DNA of 64,000 nucleotides from Minisyncoccota bacterium. Its GTDB lineage: Bacteria > Patescibacteriota > Minisyncoccia > Phycocordibacterales > UBA9973. Of this stretch, positions 40,249 to 49,981 are shown in pieces. The stretch spans positions 91,763 to 155,762 of the forward strand of contig JBAZKU010000001.1 of the NCBI GenBank assembly GCA_041650615.1, written 5' to 3'. The translations under genes and the position numbers were made by a program. How positions within the stretch are numbered: the first letter of the stretch is position 1; each line of letters begins with the position of its first letter. The notes below the pieces were generated by a model. The model had not been told where the DNA came from and made no database searches. It worked only from the letters and a program-made list of their open reading frames with translations.

Positions 40249-40572
40249 ATGACAAAATTCAAAAAAGAAAGAGGAGGAATAAGTATTATCGGAATTTTAC
40301 TTTTTGGATTTGTTGTCATATTAGTGCTTAGTTATTTTAAAATAAGCGTCAGATCAGTGGTAGAAAGTCCTACCGGACAGGACAATATAAGCTATGTCGG
40401 GGGAGGGACTAGAAGTTTATGGAATGATTACCTCAAAGAACCGGCATCATATCTTTGGAATGATATTTTTATAGATATTTTTTGGAAATCTTTTATAAAT
40501 AATATGGAGCGAATTAGAGATGGTGAACCGACGGACTATGAGATGAATGCTCCTGTTGTAAACAGGCAATAG
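40249..40572 (+). CDS. Prepilin-like membrane protein
   Basis: MTKFKKERGG/ISIIGILLFGFVVILVLSYF, class III signal-like. Confidence 0.7.
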   Translation: MTKFKKERGGISIIGILLFGFVVILVLSYFKISVRSVVESPTGQDNISYVGGGTRSLWNDYLKEPASYLWNDIFIDIFWKSFINNMERIRDGEPTDYEMNAPVVNRQ

Positions 40573-40609
40573 GGAATAGCCTTTTTGTCAACATTGCTAG
40601 GTTAATACC

Positions 40610-40696
40610 ACGTCGCACAATATATGTTTGGGGTAGTATAATACTACCCCAAACATTGCGCAGATTGTACGAGCATTAAAACGTCGCACAATCTGC
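40610..40696. repeat. Compound palindrome cluster between convergent genes
   Basis: atgtttggggtagta-taa-tactaccccaaacat; acgtcgcacaat twice; gcagattgt...acaatctgc. Confidence 0.65.
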
Positions 40697-40711
40697 TTTA
40701 GGTATGGTTTA

Positions 40712-41164
40712 TTATCTACACGAACTAGAAAGCACATAACCTGCACTCTCCGCTTCTGTAGATGTTGCAAAATAAATTCTATTTTCTTGTTTGATAGTTT
40801 TTCCAGCAGAACAACTTATGGAATAATATTTACTCCCCTTACTTGAAGCAAAAAAATTCCCTGAAGTTGATTTTGACGTATTTATTGAATTTTGGTCTAT
40901 AGAACTTATTACATTGGCTTCTTGACCCTCATATTCTCCTGCCTGCGCAGGCAGGATTTTTATACCTGAGTTTGTGTCACTTTTAGATAGTCTACCTAGC
41001 TCAAATGAGCCTAAACCAACCAAAATTATGATAATAATGACCAAAATATCCTTACCCTTATCGCTTTCTACGAATTGCTTGACCCCGTTAAAGACAGGGG
41101 GTCGCTGCGAGCCCTCGCGGTCTTTAACGGGGTTGATTTTTTTTGAGGGATAGTGTAAACTCAT
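40712..41164 (-). CDS. Membrane-anchored protein with an Ada metal-binding-like C-terminal domain
   Basis: TM then ASSKGSKYY..SC..I..ENRIYF..AESAGY..C. Confidence 0.75.
   Translation of the reverse strand: MSLHYPSKKINPVKDREGSQRPPVFNGVKQFVESDKGKDILVIIIIILVGLGSFELGRLSKSDTNSGIKILPAQAGEYEGQEANVISSIDQNSINTSKSTSGNFFASSKGSKYYSISCSAGKTIKQENRIYFATSTEAESAGYVLSSSCR
40938..40955. mobile_element. 18-bp perfect palindrome, in frame
   Basis: cctgcctgcgcaggcagg; LPAQAG. Confidence 0.8.
41079..41136 (-). mobile_element. 54-bp in-frame hairpin insert with 4-bp direct repeat
   Basis: ttga-ccccgttaaagac...gtctttaacgggg-ttga; encodes NPVKDREGSQRPPVFNGV. Confidence 0.75.
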
Positions 41165-41196
41165 ATTGTTTATAAATTATATCATAAAAACAACAT

Positions 41197-41469
41197 ATGG
41201 CACATAGAAAAGCCGGCGGAACAGCGAAAAACTTAAGAGATTCAAATCCAAAGTACCTTGGTACTAAGCTTACGGATGGCCAAAAGGCAGAATCCGGCTC
41301 TATTATCATCCGCCAACGTGGTACGGTCATTATGGCTGGTAATAATGTCTCTATGGGTAAGGACCATACTCTTTTTGCCCTAAAACCTGGTATAGTTAAA
41401 TTTGGCTCTAGACGCAAAATCTCCTTTAATGGTAGGACGGTAATCAAAAAGACTGTTAGTGTAATTTAA
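41197..41469 (+). CDS. rpmA: 50S ribosomal protein L27
   Basis: [29 protein letters not shown]. Confidence 0.98.
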   Translation: MAHRKAGGTAKNLRDSNPKYLGTKLTDGQKAESGSIIIRQRGTVIMAGNNVSMGKDHTLFALKPGIVKFGSRRKISFNGRTVIKKTVSVI

Positions 41470-41476
41470 AAAAGCA

Positions 41477-41932
41477 TTATTCTGCTTTTTTTATTTCTTC
41501 TATGATAAGCTTAAACGAAGATTTTTTGCCTTTTATTAGAATTGGGATTTCAAACTCCCCTATTTCTTTAATTGGTTTTTCCAGAACAATAAATTTTTCA
41601 TCTATTTGGACATGGCATTCTTCATTCATGGCGTCTACTATCATTTTTTCATGAATGGCGGAAAAAAGATGACCCTTTTCATCCGCTTTTGCCTTTATAG
41701 TAATAGTCTTACCCTTTATCTCTTCTAAATTTTTTTCCAAAAGATCTTCTTGCACTTCCCTTTCAATTACGATTTCTTTTTTATGTATTTCAACTTCCGC
41801 TATGGCTTTCGGAGTTGCAAGTGTTGCCCATTTTTTGGGGAATAAAAAATTTAAAGCATAGCCATCATTTATTTCTTTTATATCATATTTTCTGCCTACT
41901 TTCGGTATATCTTGTAAAAGGATTATTTTCAT
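41477..41932 (-). CDS. rplI: 50S ribosomal protein L9
   Basis: MKIILLQDI..GYALNFLFP; GHLFSAI; PIKEIG. Confidence 0.96.
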   Translation of the reverse strand: MKIILLQDIPKVGRKYDIKEINDGYALNFLFPKKWATLATPKAIAEVEIHKKEIVIEREVQEDLLEKNLEEIKGKTITIKAKADEKGHLFSAIHEKMIVDAMNEECHVQIDEKFIVLEKPIKEIGEFEIPILIKGKKSSFKLIIEEIKKAE

Positions 41933-41935
41933 ATT

Positions 41936-43162
41936 TTATTTAATACCCGGCCAATTAATTAATAAATCTACCGCTTTATTTAACTGAGGGTCTATTTTAT
42001 TATTAATATCTTTTTGAGTAATAGATGCCTTGTAATCCGGGGTTAATCCTTTTTCAGAAATGGAATTGCCATTTGGGGTTAACCACTTGGCCACAGTAAT
42101 CTTTAAAATAGTATCTTGAGTTACATTTACAACTTCTTGAACGGAACCTTTTCCATAACTCTGTTCTCCTACTAGTAAAGCCTTTTTATAATCTTGCATT
42201 GCCCCGGCAAGTATTTCAGACGCTGATGCAGAACCGTTATCTATTAAAATTACAAATTTTAATTTATCTGTAAATACATTATATCCTTCACTCCTATATA
42301 TTTTGGGTTTTGAATTATTTCCGTAATCTTCCGTTACGACGGGTTTTCCTCCTTCTAAAAACCAACTTGACATACTAACAGCCGCATCCAAATATCCTCC
42401 CGGATTCCCTCTCAAATCAAGTAATAATTTATCGGACCCCGATATGGAAAATTCTTTAAGCGCACTTTGGAAAAGCCTAGCTGAGCTTGCGGAGAAACTA
42501 TAAAGTTTTATCACAAAAATTCCGTCTTTTCTCAATTCCGTATCAAGAGTCGGTATTTCTATAGTGTCTCGCACGATTTTTATTTCTTTTGGTTTTTTAT
42601 CTCCATCGCGCAAAATTGTAAGCGTTACTGTCGTACCCGCTTTTCCTCTAATGAAACTTATTGCCTTCTCTACGCTCAAACCGGAAGTGGCCATATTATC
42701 AATCTTAAGAATTTGGTCGCCCGATTTTATATCAGCTTTATAAGCGGGGGTATCTTTGAGAGGGGCAATTACTGTAAGCACTTTATCTTTCATACCCACT
42801 TCCATACCGACTCCTTCAAAATTTCCCTGTATATTGCCCTCAAACAACTCAGTTTCTTCTGGGGTGAAAAATATGCTATATGGGTCATTTAAGGAGCCCA
42901 CAAGCCCAGAAATAGCCCCATATATCTTCTCTTGGTCTGTTATCTTGCTGACATTTGGGTATTTATCGTTTATACTGTTCCAAACTTTCCAAAATGGAGA
43001 GAAATCAGCCTGGGTTGCAACTGCAGTCTCTTTGCCTAATATATTGACAACTTTATCTATTTCTGGTCCATTATGAAATCCTACATAAACACCAAAACCA
43101 AAAAAAACAGCTACAAGTAAAATTGTGGCTTGCGTGCGTCTCATTTTAAGGTATTCCAACAT
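41936..43162 (-). CDS. ctpA: S41 C-terminal processing protease
   Basis: PDZ domain, DLRGNPGG, SASASE, GKGSVQ. Confidence 0.92.
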   Translation of the reverse strand: MLEYLKMRRTQATILLVAVFFGFGVYVGFHNGPEIDKVVNILGKETAVATQADFSPFWKVWNSINDKYPNVSKITDQEKIYGAISGLVGSLNDPYSIFFTPEETELFEGNIQGNFEGVGMEVGMKDKVLTVIAPLKDTPAYKADIKSGDQILKIDNMATSGLSVEKAISFIRGKAGTTVTLTILRDGDKKPKEIKIVRDTIEIPTLDTELRKDGIFVIKLYSFSASSARLFQSALKEFSISGSDKLLLDLRGNPGGYLDAAVSMSSWFLEGGKPVVTEDYGNNSKPKIYRSEGYNVFTDKLKFVILIDNGSASASEILAGAMQDYKKALLVGEQSYGKGSVQEVVNVTQDTILKITVAKWLTPNGNSISEKGLTPDYKASITQKDINNKIDPQLNKAVDLLINWPGIK

Positions 43163-43185
43163 AAGATTTTATTATATCACTAAAT

Positions 43186-43440
43186 TTATTTTTTATTTAA
43201 TTTGACTTGTTCTTCCAAGTTTATCTCAATTTCATTAAAATTATTATTTTCGGAAAAATTATCGAAGGTTTTTTCTTCTGTCTCCCCTGCTTTAAAATCC
43301 CTGTATAGCATATAACCGAAACAAATAATTGCCAGGCCGGAGATTGAAAAGAGTATATTCTTAAAAGAATATGGAAAACCTAAATATGGCAATACCGCTA
43401 CCCAAACACCTAATCCAAAAATTATTTTCACTTTAGTCAT
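43186..43440 (-). CDS. Small two-TM hypothetical protein
   Basis: LGVWVAVLPYLGFP; ATG 43440 follows a TATAAT box. Confidence 0.7.
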   Translation of the reverse strand: MTKVKIIFGLGVWVAVLPYLGFPYSFKNILFSISGLAIICFGYMLYRDFKAGETEEKTFDNFSENNNFNEIEINLEEQVKLNKK

Positions 43441-43510
43441 TTTTATATTATATAGCATTTAAATAAGCAAAACAATACTTTTTCACGGACCGAAAAAAGC
43501 ATTGTTTTGC

Positions 43511-45205
43511 TTATTTAAAATACTCCGGAGTATTTATGGACATCCAATCCAAAAGTTGACGCATGACGGAAGATGCGCCTACGCTATTCGAAGATGGTCC
43601 TGCTTCCATCATTATAGTGAACGCATATTTGGGATTTTCATAAGGGAAAAACCCTATAATCCAAGAGTTAACTTTATTTTTATTTACCCCGAGCTGAGCG
43701 GTCCCGGTTTTAGAAGCGACTTGCACATAAGGCACATTTATTAGTGAGGAAGTTCCTACCAAAACGCTTTGTCTCATTCCTTCATGAACAACATCAAAAT
43801 ATTCTCTTTTTAAATCCAAGATTGAAATTTTATTTTCCTTTTCCACATCTCCTAAAACATAATGCGGAGTAATCAATGTACCATAATTCGCGATAGCAGA
43901 TACCGCACGCGTCATTTCTATAGGAGTTACTTGAAATCCATATTGTCCGATAACAGTATTATAAGTATCTCCTACGCGCCATGGTTCACCCTTAAAGTTT
44001 TTTATTTTCCATTCAGGACTTGGAATTACTCCTCCTTTTTCATCCGGCAAATCCACTCCGGTTTTTTCTCCAATGCCGAAAAGTTTTGCATATTTTTCAA
44101 TATTAACTATACCCAAACCTTTTTGGTCTTCAAATCCACCGCCGATTTCATAAAAATAAATGTCGCTGGATACGGCCAAAGCTTGCCGCATATCTACCCA
44201 TCCATGCGCTTTCCAGTCTTTAAAAACAGTCTTCTGGTCCGGGAAATATGGATTTGGTATTGAAATAGAATCTGTAGATAATATTTTTTTCAAGGGATCA
44301 ATTACGCCTTCTGTCAGCGCTCCTATGGCAAAAAATGGCTTTACGATAGAACCTGGCGTATAAAGTCCGGAGATGGTTTTATCTAAAAAAACTTTTCTTT
44401 TATCATTTAAATAATCTTGAATTGTTTTAGTATCTTTACCCAGAGAAAGGATTTCAGAATTATATTCCGGGAAACTGACAGAAGCTAATACTTCCCCGTT
44501 ATTAACATCCATTAATATGCCTGCTCCACCCGAAAAAGAATTGCTTTGTGATAGATTCTGAATCAGGGTATATAACTCTTTTTGAATACGCGAATCAATT
44601 GTTGTTACCAGGTCAACGCCGCGCAATGGAGCATTTACTATATTTTCTGAATGGACTATCTTATGTGCATCTATTTCTACTATTTTTGAGCCATTGGTTC
44701 CTTCCAGTGATTGATTATATTGTTTTTCCAACCCATCTTTGCCTATAAAATTGCTTTGCCAATAGTTTCCGGATTTATCTTGCATTGGATAACTTACGTA
44801 GCCCAAAAGATGTGAAAATCCTGGAGATAAATATGAGCGAATTGAGGTAGGTAAATCGGCATTTTTTGTGTTCCAAGCAAGTTCTTTTTTATTTCTGTCA
44901 TAAATAATTCCCCTATCGCTGAAAATAATTTGTTTTTCTAAGACATTGTTTTGGCTTCTATTTAAATATGCCTCACCTTTTTGTATTTGAAGATAACCAA
45001 GTCTGACAGAAAATATTCCTACAAATAATAAAAAAAAAGCGCCGATAAAGGAGATGGTTTTTTTAGAAATTGGTTTTTCTATTCGGCCTTCAAATTGCTG
45101 GCGGTCGAAATTTTGTAAATTTTTAGAATCAAGAAAAATCTCATCGGGCTCTACGAAGAAGTTGGCATTTTTAATTTTTCTTTTCCTTAACATTTTTCTA
45201 ATCAT
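43511..45205 (-). CDS. mrdA: Class B penicillin-binding protein 2
   Basis: RGIIYDRN, PGSIVK, SSD, KTGTAQ. Confidence 0.9.
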   Translation of the reverse strand: MIRKMLRKRKIKNANFFVEPDEIFLDSKNLQNFDRQQFEGRIEKPISKKTISFIGAFFLLFVGIFSVRLGYLQIQKGEAYLNRSQNNVLEKQIIFSDRGIIYDRNKKELAWNTKNADLPTSIRSYLSPGFSHLLGYVSYPMQDKSGNYWQSNFIGKDGLEKQYNQSLEGTNGSKIVEIDAHKIVHSENIVNAPLRGVDLVTTIDSRIQKELYTLIQNLSQSNSFSGGAGILMDVNNGEVLASVSFPEYNSEILSLGKDTKTIQDYLNDKRKVFLDKTISGLYTPGSIVKPFFAIGALTEGVIDPLKKILSTDSISIPNPYFPDQKTVFKDWKAHGWVDMRQALAVSSDIYFYEIGGGFEDQKGLGIVNIEKYAKLFGIGEKTGVDLPDEKGGVIPSPEWKIKNFKGEPWRVGDTYNTVIGQYGFQVTPIEMTRAVSAIANYGTLITPHYVLGDVEKENKISILDLKREYFDVVHEGMRQSVLVGTSSLINVPYVQVASKTGTAQLGVNKNKVNSWIIGFFPYENPKYAFTIMMEAGPSSNSVGASSVMRQLLDWMSINTPEYFK

Positions 45206-45213
45206 ATTGCTGT

Positions 45214-45477
45214 TTAATTTGAAACTCTGATTTTCTTTTTTAATAATTCAATTATTATCAAAACTAAAAAGGAAACGATTAAAGAAACAAAAAATATATT
45301 GAAAAATCGAGCTTCACTCACTCCATAAAGTAAATCCGAAAGGAAGAATAAAACGACACTTTCCCAAAAAAAAGAGAAATAGACCATTCCTGCCAAGGCC
45401 AGTATAATGGATACCCAAAAAGGCATAAAAAGTATAGATAATAGCAGTATCAAAAAGGCTGAAATTCGGAGTACCAT
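45214..45477 (-). CDS. Small membrane protein upstream of mrdA (MreD-like position)
   Basis: 87 aa, hydrophobic, DLLYG motif. Confidence 0.7.
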   Translation of the reverse strand: MVLRISAFLILLLSILFMPFWVSIILALAGMVYFSFFWESVVLFFLSDLLYGVSEARFFNIFFVSLIVSFLVLIIIELLKKKIRVSN

Positions 45478-45508
45478 AATCCTATTTTACACGCTTAAAT
45501 TTAAAAAG

Positions 45509-46318
45509 CTAGAAAAAGAAATTCCAAATAAAACGCAAAATTAAAAAAGCAATAATAGCCAAAACGCCATAAAATAAAATTTTATTATTGAGAATAAATG
45601 AAGAAATTGTAAGGAAAAATAATTCCACATATTTTAGCGGTTGTAATATGGAATTTTGAGGGACTTCTTCTTTTGGCGTAGTGGTAGTATTAGCCAAAGC
45701 CTTTATTTCTTTTTGTACTTCTGTTTTTTTACTATCAGACGCAATATTTATATTTGTTCGAAATTGTTCCAAGGCGTTTACGGCAGAAATTATGGGTTCT
45801 GTGATAAAACTTGGCGTTTTTTCTGTTATAGTTTTTTCTATATCTGAAATAGATGTAAAAGTGGAATTTGCGCCAGTATCGGTGGATTGGGAAGTTATTT
45901 TTTTAGAAACGGTGCGGGAACTTTTTTCTGTTTGATTTTCAGTGAGAGATACCGTTTCATAATTTCCATTTGATAATAAGAATTTGGCGTTTTCAATCTG
46001 ACCGAAAATTGTATGGTCTCCGGCAGTGACCGTCCAATTAATAGAAATAGTGCTTGTAGCATTAGCAGCTACCGTAAAGTCTTTTTTACCCAATAAAATA
46101 GTATTATCGAAAAAATTTACCGTGCCGGATAATTGCCTATTGTCGGGGTTAAAAACAAATGTATAAATCTTGATCTTATCCCCTTCTATAAATGGGTCTT
46201 TGGAATACCAAATATTAGCCGAGACAAAACCGGTATTCGCGCTTTGGGCGAATATTTTTTGGATTGGAAATAAAGAAAATATTAAAAATAAAATTATTCC
46301 GATTTTTTTAAGAGTCAT
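45509..46318 (-). CDS. Secreted Ig-like domain protein with a C-terminal membrane anchor
   Basis: Signal peptide, beta-rich domain (SINWTVTAGDH), C-terminal TM. Confidence 0.75.
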   Translation of the reverse strand: MTLKKIGIILFLIFSLFPIQKIFAQSANTGFVSANIWYSKDPFIEGDKIKIYTFVFNPDNRQLSGTVNFFDNTILLGKKDFTVAANATSTISINWTVTAGDHTIFGQIENAKFLLSNGNYETVSLTENQTEKSSRTVSKKITSQSTDTGANSTFTSISDIEKTITEKTPSFITEPIISAVNALEQFRTNINIASDSKKTEVQKEIKALANTTTTPKEEVPQNSILQPLKYVELFFLTISSFILNNKILFYGVLAIIAFLILRFIWNFFF

Positions 46319-46340
46319 AGGAATATTATATCAGATTTTA

Positions 46341-46384
46341 CCACAAGTCAGACATGTGAGTTATCCCACATGTCTGACTTGTGG
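46341..46384. repeat. REPIN-like inverted doublet
   Basis: ccacaagtcagacatgtg-N8-cacatgtctgacttgtgg; each half is an imperfect palindrome. Confidence 0.75.
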
Positions 46385-46395
46385 AATGACTTCTG

Positions 46396-47628
46396 TTATT
46401 CATACCTTAGTGCATCAATAGGATTTTTCTTACCAGCCTTACGAGCTGGATAGATTCCGAAAGCAAGGCCAGCAATACTGGATACCGCTAGCCCCAAAAT
46501 TACGGCCGAGATAGGAAAAGCAAAAACCCAGCCAATAGAAAAAAAAGTTATAAGAATAAAGTATGCCAGACCCACAGTACCTGCTCCTATAATAATACCT
46601 ATTATGCCACCTATAGAAGTTAGTAAAATTGATTCAATCATAAATTGTTTTAAAATATCGTTATCTGTTGCGCCGACTGCCTTGCGAAGACCTATCTCTC
46701 GCGTTCGTTCCGTAACGGATACCAACATAATATTCATAATACCGATACCGCCAACCACTAAAGAGATAGCAGCAATTGCCGATAAAAATATGGTGAGCAT
46801 AGACATGATATTACCGAGCATATTTAATGTTTCGTCCATTGATGTGACCATAAAGTCGTCTTTTGTTGGGTCTGTAATATGGTGAGATGTCCGGAGAACC
46901 GAAATAACTCTTGATTTAACAAACTCTGAATCATATGTGGGATCAAACTGAATGTTCAGTTCCTGGTAATAATCAATACCGCGGAGTTGTTTCTGTCCGA
47001 CAGAGAGTGGTATTATTGCATATTCGTCCATACTAAATATACCAGTACCTTTGGTTTCAAGGACTCCGATGACACGAAAGCTTGTGTCGCTGAAGCGAAT
47101 AGATTTACCAACCGGTTCTATATCCCCGAACAGTGAGTCTGCGATCTTTGAACCAAGGACAACGACATGTCTATATGCATTCTCATCCGCGTTGGTGAAT
47201 CCATACCCGCTGGAGAAATTAAGGTTCGTCATTTTGAAAATGTTTGGAGTTGTTGCTACCCAAATAGTTGACTTACTTTTGTTTTCGTAGACGATGCGAG
47301 ACTCCCCAACGACATTCGGCGCCACATTTGTAATGGACGGTTCCCGTTCCAGAGCTTCAACATCTCGTTTAGTAAGTGTCTTAATAACAATACCCATTGC
47401 AGATGATGGTGCGCCACCCATTACTGGAGCGCCAGGCTGCACATTAACCATATTGGGCGCCATGGATTGGATCTGACCCACGATGTATTGTTCTGCTGAA
47501 GCACTTAGCGACATAATGACGATTACCGAGGCAATACCAATAACAATACCCAACATCGTTAAAATTGAACGCATTTTGCCATGCGTAAGACTTCGGGTAG
47601 CGGTTTTGAATGCGTCTCTAAAAAGCAT
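46396..47628 (-). CDS. MacB-like ABC transporter permease
   Basis: RSILTMLGIVIG; GGIGIMNIMLVSVTERTREIGLRKAVGA. Confidence 0.95.
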   Translation of the reverse strand: MLFRDAFKTATRSLTHGKMRSILTMLGIVIGIASVIVIMSLSASAEQYIVGQIQSMAPNMVNVQPGAPVMGGAPSSAMGIVIKTLTKRDVEALEREPSITNVAPNVVGESRIVYENKSKSTIWVATTPNIFKMTNLNFSSGYGFTNADENAYRHVVVLGSKIADSLFGDIEPVGKSIRFSDTSFRVIGVLETKGTGIFSMDEYAIIPLSVGQKQLRGIDYYQELNIQFDPTYDSEFVKSRVISVLRTSHHITDPTKDDFMVTSMDETLNMLGNIMSMLTIFLSAIAAISLVVGGIGIMNIMLVSVTERTREIGLRKAVGATDNDILKQFMIESILLTSIGGIIGIIIGAGTVGLAYFILITFFSIGWVFAFPISAVILGLAVSSIAGLAFGIYPARKAGKKNPIDALRYE

Positions 47629-47629
47629 A

Positions 47630-48337
47630 TTATTTTAAATTCTCGCGATGATGACGATTTGCGATAATTTGTTTATCGCTTTCTATCATCCCGTCTTTTA
47701 TTTTAATAATGCGATTGGCGAATTCAGCTGTTTGAGTTTCATGCGTTACCAGCACCACAGTATGGCCTTTGTCATTAAGTGATTCAAGTATTTCCATCAC
47801 TTGCAAGCCCGATTGTGAATCAAGATTACCGGTTGGTTCATCGGCAAAAATAATATCCGGCTTAGTCACCAGCGCTCGAGCAATAGCCACGCGCTGTTTT
47901 TGCCCGCCGGAAAGTTTACCTGCCGCGGTATATAATTTTTCTTTAAGTCCGACCGATTGAACAGCTTCTTCCACTAGTGTGGCGCGTTTCTTTGGAGAAA
48001 TGTCGGAATAAAGAAGCGGTATTTCAACATTTTCATATACCGTCAATCGAGAAAGCAGGTTGAATGACTGGAAGACGAAACCCATGTCTTTATTTCGTGC
48101 ATAAGCAAGTTCCTTGTCTGTCATCTCATCAATACTTTTTCCTTGAAATTTATAAGAGCCTCCAGTGGGTCGGTCAAGAAAACTTAATATATGAAGAAGA
48201 GTTGATTTACCTGAACCCGAAGGACCCATAATAGAAACAAATTCTCCTTTTTCAACAGAAAAAGTTACCCCGCACAAAGCTTTTGTCGGTGTTTCTTCTT
48301 CCCAATATTCCTTTTTTAAATCATTTACCTCTATCAT
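47630..48337 (-). CDS. ABC transporter ATP-binding protein (MacB/LolD-like)
   Basis: [22 protein letters not shown]. Confidence 0.96.
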   Translation of the reverse strand: MIEVNDLKKEYWEEETPTKALCGVTFSVEKGEFVSIMGPSGSGKSTLLHILSFLDRPTGGSYKFQGKSIDEMTDKELAYARNKDMGFVFQSFNLLSRLTVYENVEIPLLYSDISPKKRATLVEEAVQSVGLKEKLYTAAGKLSGGQKQRVAIARALVTKPDIIFADEPTGNLDSQSGLQVMEILESLNDKGHTVVLVTHETQTAEFANRIIKIKDGMIESDKQIIANRHHRENLK

Positions 48338-48460
48338 CCCGTTAGAGGCAGGTCGCGGTCTTCCACTTCCTTGCCATTTATTGGTTATTATAATAATTTT
48401 TTACTAAATATTAATTTTATTGAATCCAAATGAAGCGACCGCGGCCTCTAACGGGATCAT
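48333..48460 (-). mobile_element. Family A start-codon hairpin element at the ABC ATPase
   Basis: Minus strand ATGAT-cccgttagaggc-cgcggtc...gaccgcg-acct-gcctctaacggg-ATGAT. Confidence 0.85.
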
Positions 48461-49887
48461 TGCGCTTTGAGTCCGATATTGAGAACTTGTTCTCCTTCTG
48501 AGACGCCAGAAATTATTTCAACATTTCCTTCTTTGTCTTGTATACCAAGTGTCACTGGGTTTTCTTTGATAACATTATTTTCAAGCGTTTGTATAAACGC
48601 TCCTTCATCATTTTGTAAAATAGCATACTGCGGAAGGATCAATACATTATCTTTGCGTTCGGTTTCTATATCAAGATTAGCCGTGAGTCCGCTTTTTAAT
48701 CGCGGATCAGGTTGATCAAAAGAAATTTTAATTTTGAAACTAATAACTCCTTGGACATTTGTGTCTGCCGGAGCAATATAGAATACTGACCCTGTAAATG
48801 TTTCATTAGGAAAAGCGTCAAGGGTCATTGAAACCTTATCGCCAATTGAAATTTTTCCAATATCGGTTTCAGAAACGCCTGCATCTACCTCATAACCGCT
48901 ATTTGATATTATGGAGACAAGAGGCACGCTTGAAGACGCAAGCTGTCCCACTTTTGCGTCAAATTGAGTAACGGTACCGCTAATAGGAGCAACAATTTGG
49001 GCATTTAGTATTTTTGCTTTTGCGCTATCTACACTTGCTTGCGCTTGCGCGACTTGTGCATCAACTACTGAAGAAGAATCAATGGTTCCTACGCTTGCTT
49101 GTGCATCGGCAATAGCTTTATTACGAGTTTCAAGCGCTAGTTGATAAGCATTGTAATTAGTTAAATAATCTGAAGCTTTCTTATTTGGGATTTCAATATC
49201 CCAGTCATAAATATTTATGACAGAAGAAGAACATTTAATATACAAACCTGAATCACCTAACGGTTGAGGTAAAATTGTGTTGCAAGATCCACTGCCATTA
49301 GAAAGACCGGATATATTAAAGCTTATACCGCTAGAACTGTAATAAAATTTAACTTTTATTACACCTTCTTTGTTCAAATTGTAATTACCGCTAATTACCG
49401 GAGCGATGTAATCGCTTGAGCTATCGTGCGGAACTGCCTCGGGGGTTGAATTAAGAAGATTGCGATAAGCGTTTTGAACCAGGATATCCTGTTGAGCGGT
49501 AACGTTTGTGACATTACTTTTTGAAACAGACGCATTTTGCTGGGCAATTACAAGACTTGCCTCTGCGCTGTGTAATTGGGCTAGAAGATCATTCATATTA
49601 AGTTCTGCCAGTACTTGCCCTTTATTTACTTGTTTTCCAAGGTCGGAGTAGATATTGGAAACTATACCGCTGTTACCAAAGGTCAGAGAGACGCTTTGTA
49701 AAGGCGTGGTGTTGCCGGTCAGAGAAACAGTTTGCGTAATGGAACCATTTTGCACGGTTATATATTGATATGTTGGATCTTTATGAAAAAGAAAATATCC
49801 ACCTACTCCGAGAATCAGCAAGATTACTATTCCAATCGTCCATTTGGATTTTAAAAAATTTGGTATTTTAGCTAAAAGTGGTTGCAT
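48457..49887 (-). CDS. MacA-like periplasmic adaptor (membrane fusion protein)
   Basis: N-terminal TM, lipoyl halves VNKGQVLA and IVAPISGTV, VSETDI. Confidence 0.9.
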   Translation of the reverse strand: MQPLLAKIPNFLKSKWTIGIVILLILGVGGYFLFHKDPTYQYITVQNGSITQTVSLTGNTTPLQSVSLTFGNSGIVSNIYSDLGKQVNKGQVLAELNMNDLLAQLHSAEASLVIAQQNASVSKSNVTNVTAQQDILVQNAYRNLLNSTPEAVPHDSSSDYIAPVISGNYNLNKEGVIKVKFYYSSSGISFNISGLSNGSGSCNTILPQPLGDSGLYIKCSSSVINIYDWDIEIPNKKASDYLTNYNAYQLALETRNKAIADAQASVGTIDSSSVVDAQVAQAQASVDSAKAKILNAQIVAPISGTVTQFDAKVGQLASSSVPLVSIISNSGYEVDAGVSETDIGKISIGDKVSMTLDAFPNETFTGSVFYIAPADTNVQGVISFKIKISFDQPDPRLKSGLTANLDIETERKDNVLILPQYAILQNDEGAFIQTLENNVIKENPVTLGIQDKEGNVEIISGVSEGEQVLNIGLKAQ

Positions 49888-49981
49888 GGCGTTTATTTTT
49901 TCTATAATTTATAATTTTTTGTATAACAAAATATAGTATAGCACAATTAAGCTTAGAAACAAAGCTTAAATTTACAGAAAA

